Source: Thermodesulfobacteriota bacterium (GTDB lineage Bacteria > Desulfobacterota_D > UBA1144 > Nemesobacterales > Nemesobacteraceae). From it: 64,000 bases of DNA. The translations under genes and the position numbers were made by a program. The stretch is from assembly GCA_965202785.1 (NCBI GenBank), contig OZ241855.1:192001-256000 (forward strand), given 5' to 3'. A model generated the notes under the pieces. The model worked only from the letters and a program-made list of their open reading frames with translations, did not search any database and was not told where the DNA came from. Numbering within the stretch: position 1 is the first letter of the stretch; the number at the start of each line of letters is the position of its first letter. Below, one piece after another: positions 1 to 9,332 of the stretch.

Positions 1-885
1 GAAATCGCTTATCTCGTAAACCACGCGTCCCGCGCGCTCGGGGGCGGGAAAATCAAACTCAAGGGTTCTTCGGGTCTCCGGGGACGGGGCTTCGGGCTCC
101 ATCTTTTCAAGCATTTTTATCCTGCTCTGCACCTGTCTTGCCTTTGAAGCCTTGTACCTGAACCGTTCTATGAAACGGCGCTGCGCCCGGAGTTTTCTCT
201 CCTGGTTTTTGGCAGTCGCCTCGGTGACCGCGGCGATCTGCTCTTTTCTCTCAAGGTAAGAGGAATAATCGCCCCGAAACTCCCTTATCAACCCGCCTTC
301 AAGCTCCGCTATCGTGTCAACCATGCGGTCAAGGAGATATTTGTCGTGAGATACCAGGACCACGGTTCCGCGGTAGTCCCCAAGGTAACCCTCGAGCCAC
401 TCTATGCTTTTTATGTCAAGATGGTTGGTCGGCTCGTCGAGAAGAAGAACCTGAGGTTCCAGAAGAAGTATTCTCGCAAGCTCAACCCGCATTTTCCAGC
501 CGCCCGAAAGAGAAGAGACCTTATGGGAGAGATGTTCCCCCGTAAAACCCAGTCCGAAAAGGATTTTCTCGGCTTCGTGAACAGGTTTTTCTGAACCGTC
601 CTCGCCTTCGCCGCGGTCGCCCGCGCGGGCCGCCGAGAGCACCGTAAGATCACCCGTTCCCAGATCCATTATCTGCGGCAGATAGCCCACAGTCAGCGCG
701 GAGGGGACGGAGGCCTGCCCTTTTTCCGGTTCCATGAGTCCCATTACGATCTCAAGCAGCGTGGTTTTACCCGAGCCGTTCGGACCCACAAGACCGTATT
801 TTCTTCCCTTTTTTATGCTCCACTCAAGGTTTCGGAAAAGTTCCTTGCCAGCGAAGGAATGACATATGCCTGACAGACTGATCAT
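1..885 (-). CDS. ABC-F family ATP-binding protein (5' part; runs off the window start)
   Basis: Manual translation from ATG at 885: MISLSGICHSF...GLVGPNGSGKTT (Walker A), FSGGWKMR signature, LLLDEPTNHLD, IVSHD-like H-loop; no TM segments. Confidence 0.9.
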   Translation of the reverse strand, partial: MISLSGICHSFAGKELFRNLEWSIKKGRKYGLVGPNGSGKTTLLEIVMGLMEPEKGQASVPSALTVGYLPQIMDLGTGDLTVLSAARAGDRGEGEDGSEKPVHEAEKILFGLGFTGEHLSHKVSSLSGGWKMRVELARILLLEPQVLLLDEPTNHLDIKSIEWLEGYLGDYRGTVVLVSHDKYLLDRMVDTIAELEGGLIREFRGDYSSYLERKEQIAAVTEATAKNQERKLRAQRRFIERFRYKASKARQVQSRIKMLEKMEPEAPSPETRRTLEFDFPAPERAGRVVYEISDF

Positions 886-886
886 C

Positions 887-1012
887 TCAACAGAAATAAA
901 AAAAACTGATGCTATTTTTCAGCGATATCAACCCTGTTCCCCGGTTGCAAGTATGGAGAAAACCTGAGTCAGAATCCAGCAATTTAATTGCGGATATGTC
1001 AGCAAGAATCAT
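887..1012 (-). pseudogene. Truncated PIN/VapC-type toxin remnant
   Basis: ATG overlaps the antitoxin stop (ATGA). It begins MILADISAI, like a PIN-domain N-terminus, then loses similarity and stops after 41 aa. Confidence 0.5.
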
Positions 1013-1269
1013 GAAGGCAATCCGGTATCATCATCGTATAGGAAGTTATCGGCTTCTGCCGCGGCAACACCGTCTAGACGCTTGGTCTTGGACCCTGCTG
1101 CTATCCTTTGAATTGCGGACAGTTTTTCGGCGGGGCTCTTTTTGGCAGCAAAGGGTCTTATTTCAGCCACGGGCCTGCCGTGCTTCGTAAGGATTACCTG
1201 TTCGCCCGCCAAGGCCGCATTTACTAGTGCGGACAATTTCGCCTTCGCTTCACTAATAGATATTTTCAT
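1009..1269 (-). CDS. Phd/YefM family antitoxin (type II TA)
   Basis: ISISEAKAKLSALV...GEQVILTKHGRPVAEI motif; acidic tail FLYDDDTGLP typical of VapB-type antitoxins. Confidence 0.9.
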   Translation of the reverse strand: MKISISEAKAKLSALVNAALAGEQVILTKHGRPVAEIRPFAAKKSPAEKLSAIQRIAAGSKTKRLDGVAAAEADNFLYDDDTGLPS

Positions 1270-1459
1270 TATGTCCCCCTCTCATACAGGCTATCATTAT
1301 AGCTCATAACGACTGAAATCAGATACTACAACAGTTAAATGCATCTTCCCGACCACAGGCAATCACACGGTATGACAACAACAAGTCCATGAGGTAGTTT
1401 TCTAACCGGAGACCACTGTTTAGAAGTAGGATGAGATTTCACTTGCCGGTTGCAAACGA

Positions 1460-2653
1460 ATGAAGGCACAAAAAAAGCTATCCAAAAAATCAATCGCATT
1501 CCAGATATTTCATTCGATAACGGAAGTCGAAAAAAAAGAATACGACTCCATCCAGCCCGATAACAACCCCTTTTTCGAGTTTGATTTTCTCTTCGCTCTC
1601 GAGAAATCCGGATGCGTGGGTCCCGGCACCGGATGGGAGCCGCGCCATCTTCTGCTGCGCGAGGGGAAAGAGCTTGTGGGGGCGGTTACGTTCTATCTGA
1701 AAACCGATTCCTACGGCGAGTACATATTCGACTGGCAGTGGGCGCGGGCCTATCAGGACGCGGGACTGAGATACTATCCCAAGGCGGTCGCAGGGGTGCC
1801 GTTTACCCCGGCAACCGGCCCGAGAATAATCGTTCGCGAAGACTACGATTACGAAACGTGCGCGCGAGAACTTGCAAAGAAACTGGTTGAGATATGTTCC
1901 CTTAAGAGCCTCTCTTCAATACATTTTCTGTTCGTAACAGAAGATGAGCAGGAACTGCTCTCTGACTGCGGATTCCTCTCAAGACTCACCCACCAGTACC
2001 ACTGGCACAACTCGGGCTATCTCTGTTTCGATGACTTTCTCGCAGACCTCCGCTCCGGAAGAAGAAAGCAGATAAGGAAGGAAAAACGCCGCCTCGGCGA
2101 CCTGGGCGTTGAGATCTCGGTGCTCGAGAAAGAACAGATACGCCGCGAGCACATAGACTTAATCTGGGAATTCTATGTGAATACTAATTCAAGAAAATGG
2201 GGGAACGCCTATCTTAACAGGGAGTTTTTCGACCTGATGTTCGAGACGTACAGGGAGAAAACCGTGCTTGTGATCGCGCGAATGGATGGCCGCCCTATCG
2301 GCGGCACAATCAACTTCAGAAAAGGCGACAAGCTCTACGGCAGGTACTGGGGATGCAGCATCGAGGTGCCGTACCTTCATTTTGAGTGCTGTTACTACAG
2401 ACCGATAGAGTTTGCCATAGACAACGGAATAAATGTCTTTGAGGCCGGGGCGCAGGGCGAGCACAAGTTCCTCCGCGGTTTTGAAGCGGTACCGGTCTAC
2501 AGTTCCCACCTGTTTTTCAATCCCGGGGCGCAGAGATCCATAGACAACTTCCTTCGGGAAGAAAAACCCTACATGCGCTCGCTTATCTCGGAGTACAACA
2601 CACACTCCCCGCTTAAGCGGGTCCGCGGTGGCAAACCGGAAAAAATCGTATAG
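1460..2653 (+). CDS. FemAB-like GNAT protein (DUF482 family)
   Basis: SYGEYIFDWQWA, YYPK...PFTPATG, LYGRYWG, LHFECCYY, FEAGAQGEHK motifs. Confidence 0.9.
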   Translation: MKAQKKLSKKSIAFQIFHSITEVEKKEYDSIQPDNNPFFEFDFLFALEKSGCVGPGTGWEPRHLLLREGKELVGAVTFYLKTDSYGEYIFDWQWARAYQDAGLRYYPKAVAGVPFTPATGPRIIVREDYDYETCARELAKKLVEICSLKSLSSIHFLFVTEDEQELLSDCGFLSRLTHQYHWHNSGYLCFDDFLADLRSGRRKQIRKEKRRLGDLGVEISVLEKEQIRREHIDLIWEFYVNTNSRKWGNAYLNREFFDLMFETYREKTVLVIARMDGRPIGGTINFRKGDKLYGRYWGCSIEVPYLHFECCYYRPIEFAIDNGINVFEAGAQGEHKFLRGFEAVPVYSSHLFFNPGAQRSIDNFLREEKPYMRSLISEYNTHSPLKRVRGGKPEKIV

Positions 2654-2663
2654 AATACTGCTT

Positions 2664-2999
2664 ATGTCTGAGCGTGAGAATCCGACACATACAAAGGATC
2701 CTCAGCAGGTCGTCAGGGAGGATATCCGGGTAAAAAGGCCGGACATGTATATGATAGTCCTGCTGAACGACGATTACACCCCGAGGGATTTCGTAGTCTG
2801 GGTTCTCATGAAGGTGTTCTTCAAAAATGAAAACGACAGTAGAACAATAATGCTCGAAGCTCACACCAAGGGAAAAAGCGTTGTCGACTGCTATACCTAC
2901 GACATAGCTACCACGAAGATAAGACAGGTAAAAGACCTGGCGGAGAAATACGAACATCCGCTGAAATGCATACTTGAAGTTCAAAAGGCGGGGAGCTGA
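2664..2999 (+). CDS. clpS: ATP-dependent Clp protease adaptor ClpS
   Basis: VLLNDDYTP..FVV.VL, MLEAH..G, HPLKC motifs; directly upstream of clpA; start moved to ATG 2664. Confidence 0.95.
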   Translation: MSERENPTHTKDPQQVVREDIRVKRPDMYMIVLLNDDYTPRDFVVWVLMKVFFKNENDSRTIMLEAHTKGKSVVDCYTYDIATTKIRQVKDLAEKYEHPLKCILEVQKAGS

Positions 3000-3000
3000 C

Positions 3001-5256
3001 ATGGTAGCATCGGAAGAACTTGAAAAAACCCTTTACCGCGCCTACCAGCAGGCAAAAGACCGCAAGCACGAGTTCATCACCCCGGAGCATATACTCCTTG
3101 AGCTCACAAGGGACAAAGTCGCCGTGGAAGTGCTGATAGAATGCGACGTCGACACCGGGCTTCTCGCGAACGATCTTGAGGAGCACCTCACCAAGAACGT
3201 ATCCTCGATCGATTCTCCCCATCTTCCCGAACCGACCTACTCCGAGGGAAGCAAGTACATCTTCAGAGTGGCTTCGATGCACGCCGAAAGCGCGGAAAAA
3301 AAAGAAATAACGGGGGCTAACATACTGGTCGCCATGTTCAGGGTCCCCGAATCGCACGCCGTGTACTTCCTCAATCGCCAGGGACTTACCCGGTTTGCCG
3401 TTATAAAGCATATATCCCATGGAAAAGGCGAGAGGACCGAGGAACATCAGGAAAAACCCGCAACCACCAAGGAGCAGCAGAGGGAAACAAAAAAGGCCGA
3501 GACCAAAAGCCCCCTTGAGCTTTACTGCACGGACCTGATCGAAAAAGCCCAAAACGGAAGCATCGACCCCCTCATAGGAAGAGAAAAAGAGGTCCAGAGG
3601 ATAGTCCACATTCTCGGCAAGAGAAAGAAGAACAACCCTGTGCTCGTCGGGGACGCGGGGGTGGGAAAAACGGCGATCGTTGAAGGGGTGGCTCACCGCG
3701 TGGTTTCCGGAGAAGTCCCCGAAGCGATGAAAAACCTCAAGATACACCTTCTGAACATAGGGACCCTTACGGCCGGAACGAAATACAGGGGAGACTTCGA
3801 GGAAAGGCTTAACGCCGTCATAGACGAAACCAAGAAGGACCCGGACAACGTGCTTTTCATTGACGAGATTCACACAGTAATAGGCGCCGGAGCGGTTTCC
3901 GGCGGAAGCCTTGACGCGTCCAACATGCTTAAGCCCGCCCTTGCCGGAGGAGACATAAAATGCATAGGAACGACGACGCTTAAGGAATACAGGATCATCT
4001 TCGAGAAAGACCACGCGCTCTCAAGAAGATTCCAGAGAGTAACCGTGGATGAGCCGTCGGTTGAGGACTGCGGAAAAATCCTGTTCGGACTTAAACGCCA
4101 TTACGAAAAGTACCATAACGTGAAATACTCCCGGGGAGCGATAAAGGCGTGCATAGAACTCTCAGACAAGTACATAATGGACAGGAAGCTTCCGGACAAG
4201 GCGATTGACATCATGGACGAGGCCGGAGCCGCCGTGAAGCTCCGCAACCCTGATCCCGAGATAACGAGACAGGTAAAAGTATCCGACATGGAGAAGCTGG
4301 TGGCGAAGATCGCGAAAATACCAACCAAGTCGGTAAAGGTCGAGGACCGGAATCTCCTCCACGACCTCGGGGACAACCTAAAAGAATTCATCTACGCCCA
4401 GGACGAAGCCATAGACAAGCTCGTAAACGCCATACAGATGTCGCGCGCCGGCATAAGCGAGCCGGAAAAGCCCGTGGGCTCCTTCATGTTTTCGGGACCT
4501 ACGGGGGTCGGCAAAACGGAGCTCGCGAAAAAACTCGCGGAGATACTTGGAGTCGAATTCATACGCTTCGACATGAGCGAATACATGGAAAAACACACCG
4601 TCTCCCGCCTCATAGGCTCACCGCCTGGATACGTCGGCTACGACCAGGGAGGACAGCTTACTGAAGCCATATACAAATCTCCTCACTGCGTCCTTCTGCT
4701 CGATGAGATAGAGAAAGCGCACGAGGACATATACAACATCCTGCTTCAGGTAATGGATCACGCGACGCTCACGGATTCAAACGGAAGAAAGGTGGATTTC
4801 CGCCAGGTAATTCTGATTCTGACAACGAACACCGGATCGAGGGAAAGCATGAACAGGAACGTCGGGTTCGCGAAAAAAGAGTTTGAGGACAGGAGTCCGG
4901 AAGCCATAGACAGGTACTTCTCTCCGGAATTCAGAAACAGGCTGAATGAAATCATCAGGTTTAACCCTCTTGATATAAAGATAGTGGAGAGAATAGTTGA
5001 CAAGATGATCGGAGAGCTTCAGCAGAGGCTCGTTCCGAAAAAAGTGACGATCAGTCTTACGCCGGAAGCGAGGCTTTTTCTCGCACGCAAGGGCTACGAT
5101 CCCCAGCTCGGCGCAAGACCCGTGCAGAGAGTAATAAACTCCGAGGTGGCGGAGCGGCTTTCAAAGGAAATCCTCTTCGGCGAACTCTCAGGCGGCGGCA
5201 AGGCGATTCTCTCCCTTGAAGATGAACAGATAGTTCTTCGGGCGGAAACTGACTGA
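3001..5256 (+). CDS. clpA: ATP-dependent Clp protease ATP-binding subunit ClpA
   Basis: Clp N-domain (HEFITPEHILL), two AAA+ modules (GDAGVGKT, GPTGVGKT), no ClpB coiled coil. Confidence 0.95.
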   Translation: MVASEELEKTLYRAYQQAKDRKHEFITPEHILLELTRDKVAVEVLIECDVDTGLLANDLEEHLTKNVSSIDSPHLPEPTYSEGSKYIFRVASMHAESAEKKEITGANILVAMFRVPESHAVYFLNRQGLTRFAVIKHISHGKGERTEEHQEKPATTKEQQRETKKAETKSPLELYCTDLIEKAQNGSIDPLIGREKEVQRIVHILGKRKKNNPVLVGDAGVGKTAIVEGVAHRVVSGEVPEAMKNLKIHLLNIGTLTAGTKYRGDFEERLNAVIDETKKDPDNVLFIDEIHTVIGAGAVSGGSLDASNMLKPALAGGDIKCIGTTTLKEYRIIFEKDHALSRRFQRVTVDEPSVEDCGKILFGLKRHYEKYHNVKYSRGAIKACIELSDKYIMDRKLPDKAIDIMDEAGAAVKLRNPDPEITRQVKVSDMEKLVAKIAKIPTKSVKVEDRNLLHDLGDNLKEFIYAQDEAIDKLVNAIQMSRAGISEPEKPVGSFMFSGPTGVGKTELAKKLAEILGVEFIRFDMSEYMEKHTVSRLIGSPPGYVGYDQGGQLTEAIYKSPHCVLLLDEIEKAHEDIYNILLQVMDHATLTDSNGRKVDFRQVILILTTNTGSRESMNRNVGFAKKEFEDRSPEAIDRYFSPEFRNRLNEIIRFNPLDIKIVERIVDKMIGELQQRLVPKKVTISLTPEARLFLARKGYDPQLGARPVQRVINSEVAERLSKEILFGELSGGGKAILSLEDEQIVLRAETD

Positions 5257-5302
5257 ACTTCTCCCGGAGCGTACCCCGCGGCGGCGCGCGGCAACGAAAC
5301 CC

Positions 5303-6325
5303 ATGATCTCCATACGCGAAACTGCTAACAAAATGGTCCAGTACGTGCTTCCCGAACACTCCAACAACCACGGGACCCTGCACGGCGGAATACTTATGGA
5401 CTGGATTATGCTCACGGGCAGCATCACGTCTTTTAAGTTCACAAACGGGCCTGCGGTCCTGGGAGCCACAGACAGCATAGATTTTCTTAACCCCGTAAAG
5501 ATCGGGGAGATAGTAGTCCTTGAAAGCTGGGTTGAGTATGCCGGGAACTCGTCCATTGAAGTCGCGGTACGCGTGCACTCAGAAGACGGGGAGACCGACG
5601 AAAAAAAGCTCATAACCCTCTCCTACATGGCCTTTGTCGCCGTGGACGAAAACGTAAAGCCGAGAAAGATAGAAGCAAGCCTAAGCGCGTCCAGCACGGT
5701 TGAACGGGAGCTCATAGACCGGGCGGAGGAAAGGAAGACGCAAAGGCTTCCGGAAATAAAAAAAAGGCAAAGAAACGTCTCCAACGTAGCGGATGAGACG
5801 GAAAATTCGAGGCTCATCTTCAATACCACCAAGATGGTACTCCCGGAAGACGCCTTCTACGGGAAATTCATGTCCGTAGGAAAGCTCATGAAGTACATTG
5901 ACGAGAGCGCCGCCATTCTGGCGAAAAGGTTTTCCAAGGGGGTTCTGGTTACGGGGTCCCTTGACGATCTTTTTTTCTATTCGCCGCTTAATGTCGGAAA
6001 TCTGATTGAATTCAAGGCGGGCATCACCCATGTGGGAACAAGGTCGCTCGAACTGGCGATCAAGGTTGATTCCTATGATACACGGACCGGAGAGTCATCC
6101 CACGCGTGCACGGCCTTTCTAACCTACGTGAAAGTCGACGAAGAAGGAAACCCCGTCCCGGTTCCCGAGTTCACTCCCGAGACTCCCTACGAAATCCGCC
6201 TCTGGAAAGAAGCGGAAAAAAGGAAAGCAAGGAGAAGAGCGCGGGTGGAGAGAGCCAGGAGTCTTGCCGATGACTACCTGAACGAATACAAAAAAGTAAG
6301 CTCGAGATCAAACAAAAAGAGTTGA
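5303..6325 (+). CDS. Double hot-dog acyl-CoA thioesterase
   Basis: PEHSNNHGTLHGG and a second hot-dog repeat; YciA-like motifs. Confidence 0.85.
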   Translation: MISIRETANKMVQYVLPEHSNNHGTLHGGILMDWIMLTGSITSFKFTNGPAVLGATDSIDFLNPVKIGEIVVLESWVEYAGNSSIEVAVRVHSEDGETDEKKLITLSYMAFVAVDENVKPRKIEASLSASSTVERELIDRAEERKTQRLPEIKKRQRNVSNVADETENSRLIFNTTKMVLPEDAFYGKFMSVGKLMKYIDESAAILAKRFSKGVLVTGSLDDLFFYSPLNVGNLIEFKAGITHVGTRSLELAIKVDSYDTRTGESSHACTAFLTYVKVDEEGNPVPVPEFTPETPYEIRLWKEAEKRKARRRARVERARSLADDYLNEYKKVSSRSNKKS

Positions 6326-6399
6326 TTGCCTTCTCCGGCGGACCTTAAGACCTGTCTTTTCTCACCCCGGAGCAAGCATACAAACACGACGGCAGAGCT

Positions 6400-7212
6400 A
6401 TGGAAGAGAGAAAAAACCAGGCAATAGGAATTTTTGATTCGGGAATAGGAGGACTTACGGTCTCAAAGGAGATAATGAATCTTCTTTGCGGGGAGAATAT
6501 CGTATATCTCGGCGACACGGCCAGAGTCCCTTATGGAACGAAATCCCAAAGAACCGTAAGAAAATACGTTGAGAGCACCACTAATTTCCTCCTGTCAAAA
6601 AACATAAAGCTTCTGGTCGTGGCGTGTAACACCGCGTCTGCCTACGCAATAGAAATGCTGAAAGAAAATCTTGAAATCCCCGTTGTGGGAGTAGTGGAAC
6701 CGGGAGCGAAAAGAGCCTCGGAACTCACCGTCAACGGGAAAATAGGAGTCATAGGGACCCAGGCGACAATAAAAAGCGGTTCCTACGAGAAAAAACTGCG
6801 GGAATTCTGCTCCTCCCAGGTCGAGATACACTCAAAACCCTGCCCGCTTTTCGTTCCGCTTGCCGAAGAAGGATGGGAGAATGATGAAACCGCCGTCCTT
6901 ATAGCCGAGAAATATCTTGGAGACCTCAGGGAATCAGGAATAGACGTGCTGATACTCGGCTGCACGCACTACCCCATTCTTAAAAACACGATCGCCGGGG
7001 TTATGGGAGAAGGAATAAATCTCGTTGACTCGGCCGAAGAAACCGCGAAGCAGACCGAAAACATACTAAAGTCCCAGGGGCTGCTAAGAGAAGACGGCAA
7101 GACGCGGGAGATGTCTTTTTACCTTACCGATGATTCGGAAACCTTTACCTCAATCGCGTCCAGGTTCCTCGGAAGACCCATGGAAAAAACGGAAGTCGTC
7201 GATATAGTGTGA
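6400..7212 (+). CDS. murI: Glutamate racemase
   Basis: FDSGIGGLTV, VACNTAS, LGCTHYP. Confidence 0.97.
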   Translation: MEERKNQAIGIFDSGIGGLTVSKEIMNLLCGENIVYLGDTARVPYGTKSQRTVRKYVESTTNFLLSKNIKLLVVACNTASAYAIEMLKENLEIPVVGVVEPGAKRASELTVNGKIGVIGTQATIKSGSYEKKLREFCSSQVEIHSKPCPLFVPLAEEGWENDETAVLIAEKYLGDLRESGIDVLILGCTHYPILKNTIAGVMGEGINLVDSAEETAKQTENILKSQGLLREDGKTREMSFYLTDDSETFTSIASRFLGRPMEKTEVVDIV

Positions 7213-7221
7213 CGGGCTCCG

Positions 7222-8205
7222 TTACTCGGACAAGGCTTTTTTGAGTTCCTCGGTAAGCGGGGGAAGAACCTGGAAAAGGTCTCCGCAAATTCCATAATCG
7301 GATTTCGCGAAAATCGGGGCTTCCGGATCCTTGTTTATGGAAACTATAACTTTCGATGAACCCATGCCGGAGAAATGCTGTACCGAACCGGATATGGCGA
7401 CCGCGACGTAGAGTACGGGAGACACCGCCTTTCCAGTCTGGCCGACCTGCATGTCATATGGACAGTATCCCGCGTCGACTGCGGCTCTTGTCGCTCCCGC
7501 GGCCGCGCCAAGCAGATCCGCGAGATCGTATATGTGATTGAAATTCTCCTCGCTCCCAAGACCCCTGCCGCCGGAAACCACCCTCTCGGCCTCGGTAAGC
7601 TCGGGCCGGTCGGATTCCTTGGTTTTCATTTCAATGACCTTGATTCTTATGTCGGCATCCGTGATCCCGGCATCTTCGTTCACCACCTGCCCCGCGCCGG
7701 CCGACTCTTCCTCCTTAAAGGAATTGGGCCTTACGGTGGCGATCATCGCGCTTCCGTCTCCGTTGAACTCCTGAGTGGATATCGCCCTGCTTGAGTGTGA
7801 ATACCTTTTTATCCTAAGCCTTCCGTCGTCGGTCATGCCTATGTCAACGCAGTCCATGGCAAGCCCCGAACCCACTCCCGAAGCCACCCTGGGAATGTAA
7901 TCCTCCGCAAAGGCCGTGTTGCCTGAAAGCACAACCGCGGGAGAGTGCTTCTTTATAAGTTCGCAAAGGGCCTTCACGTAACCGTCGGGATTAAAATCCC
8001 TGAGGTTGGGATTGTCAACCACGTAGATTTTCTCAGCTCCGTAGCCCGCAAGCTCAGAAGCTCTGTCCGAAACGCCGCTTCCGAGCAGCACCGCGCAGAC
8101 GGGACCTCCAAGTTTTCTTCTGGCCTCGGAAAGAACCTCGAACGTCACCTTTCTTATCTGTCCGTCAGCCTTTATATCAGCAACAACCCAGATTTCACTA
8201 CTCAT
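7222..8205 (-). CDS. etfA: Electron transfer flavoprotein alpha subunit
   Basis: VVSGGRG, QVGQTGK, ISGSVQH, INKDPEAPIF. Confidence 0.95.
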   Translation of the reverse strand: MSSEIWVVADIKADGQIRKVTFEVLSEARRKLGGPVCAVLLGSGVSDRASELAGYGAEKIYVVDNPNLRDFNPDGYVKALCELIKKHSPAVVLSGNTAFAEDYIPRVASGVGSGLAMDCVDIGMTDDGRLRIKRYSHSSRAISTQEFNGDGSAMIATVRPNSFKEEESAGAGQVVNEDAGITDADIRIKVIEMKTKESDRPELTEAERVVSGGRGLGSEENFNHIYDLADLLGAAAGATRAAVDAGYCPYDMQVGQTGKAVSPVLYVAVAISGSVQHFSGMGSSKVIVSINKDPEAPIFAKSDYGICGDLFQVLPPLTEELKKALSE

Positions 8206-8260
8206 TTAATTCAAGCCTCCTAGCGATACTTTCTGATAAAGCAATCCCGGATATCCCGGA

Positions 8261-9103
8261 TTATATGATCTTCGCGTCATCTCTCAAAAGCTTAACGAGT
8301 TCCCTTGCGGACTCGGCAATCTCGTCTCCCTTGACCGTAGTCTCGTCGCTTCCCTTTATGATCCTCAGTTTTCTCTCCACTTCGGGAACCTCAAGACTCA
8401 CTGTTTTTATCTTCGCCCCTGATTTGCCCACTGCATCCCTGCTGATGCCGAGAGAACCGAAATCCACATCGTCTAGGGAAACTGTTTTCATCGGTTTTCT
8501 CTTCGCTTTCATTATATTGGGAACAGACGCGTAGCGGGGTTCGTTCATAGCGTCGGGACAGGTTATAAGGGCCGGGAGAGAAACCTCGACGGAAACGCTT
8601 CCGCCGTCGATCTCTTTCTGGCAGACAAGCTTTTTCTCGTCCGGCTTTACGTCAATCACCTTGCTTACAAGCGCAAGGTGCGCAATTCCCAGTTCCTCGG
8701 CTATCTGTATGCCGACCTGTACGGATTCTTCGTCGATGATCTTCATCCCCGTGAAAATAAGATCCACCCCCTCAATATTTCCGAGTTCCGACGCGACAAG
8801 CTTCGAGAGGACAAGGGAATCCACGGTTTCCCCGAGAGCTTCATCCGAAACATGCACCGCGGAATCCGCGCCCATTGCAAGCCCCTGAAGCAACGCCTGT
8901 GAAGCGCGTTGCGGGCCCGCCGTAATCAGAACAACTTCGCCCCCGTATGCTTCCTTGGTCCTGATGGCTTCCTCAACGGCGAATTCATCATAAGGATTCA
9001 TGATCCATTTCATGCCTTCTGTGTCTATGGAATCTCCAGAGGAACCGACCTTTATCCTTGCTTCGGTGTCCTGCGTCTGTGTTATAAAAACCACTATCTT
9101 CAC
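8261..9103 (-). CDS. etfB: Electron transfer flavoprotein beta subunit
   Basis: MNPYDEFAVEEA, AMGAD, NEPRYAS...IMKAKRK. Confidence 0.95.
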   Translation of the reverse strand: MKIVVFITQTQDTEARIKVGSSGDSIDTEGMKWIMNPYDEFAVEEAIRTKEAYGGEVVLITAGPQRASQALLQGLAMGADSAVHVSDEALGETVDSLVLSKLVASELGNIEGVDLIFTGMKIIDEESVQVGIQIAEELGIAHLALVSKVIDVKPDEKKLVCQKEIDGGSVSVEVSLPALITCPDAMNEPRYASVPNIMKAKRKPMKTVSLDDVDFGSLGISRDAVGKSGAKIKTVSLEVPEVERKLRIIKGSDETTVKGDEIAESARELVKLLRDDAKII

Positions 9104-9332
9104 CTGATACTACCTCCATGCTGGACTGATTTAATAGAGATGAAATTTAAGGAAAAAGCAGCAGAAAAGCTGACTCTAACTCCTTGCTAAGCGTATGATT
9201 ATAAATACTGGGGAGTTGCTGTCAAGGACAGGAAACCCTCTTGCAGATAGTCATCTCCCAGACAAAAGCGGGAGCTCTCTTCACATTGCAGACGCCCGGA
9301 ATCACTCTTGCTCTTAAAACGCAGGATCTCCG

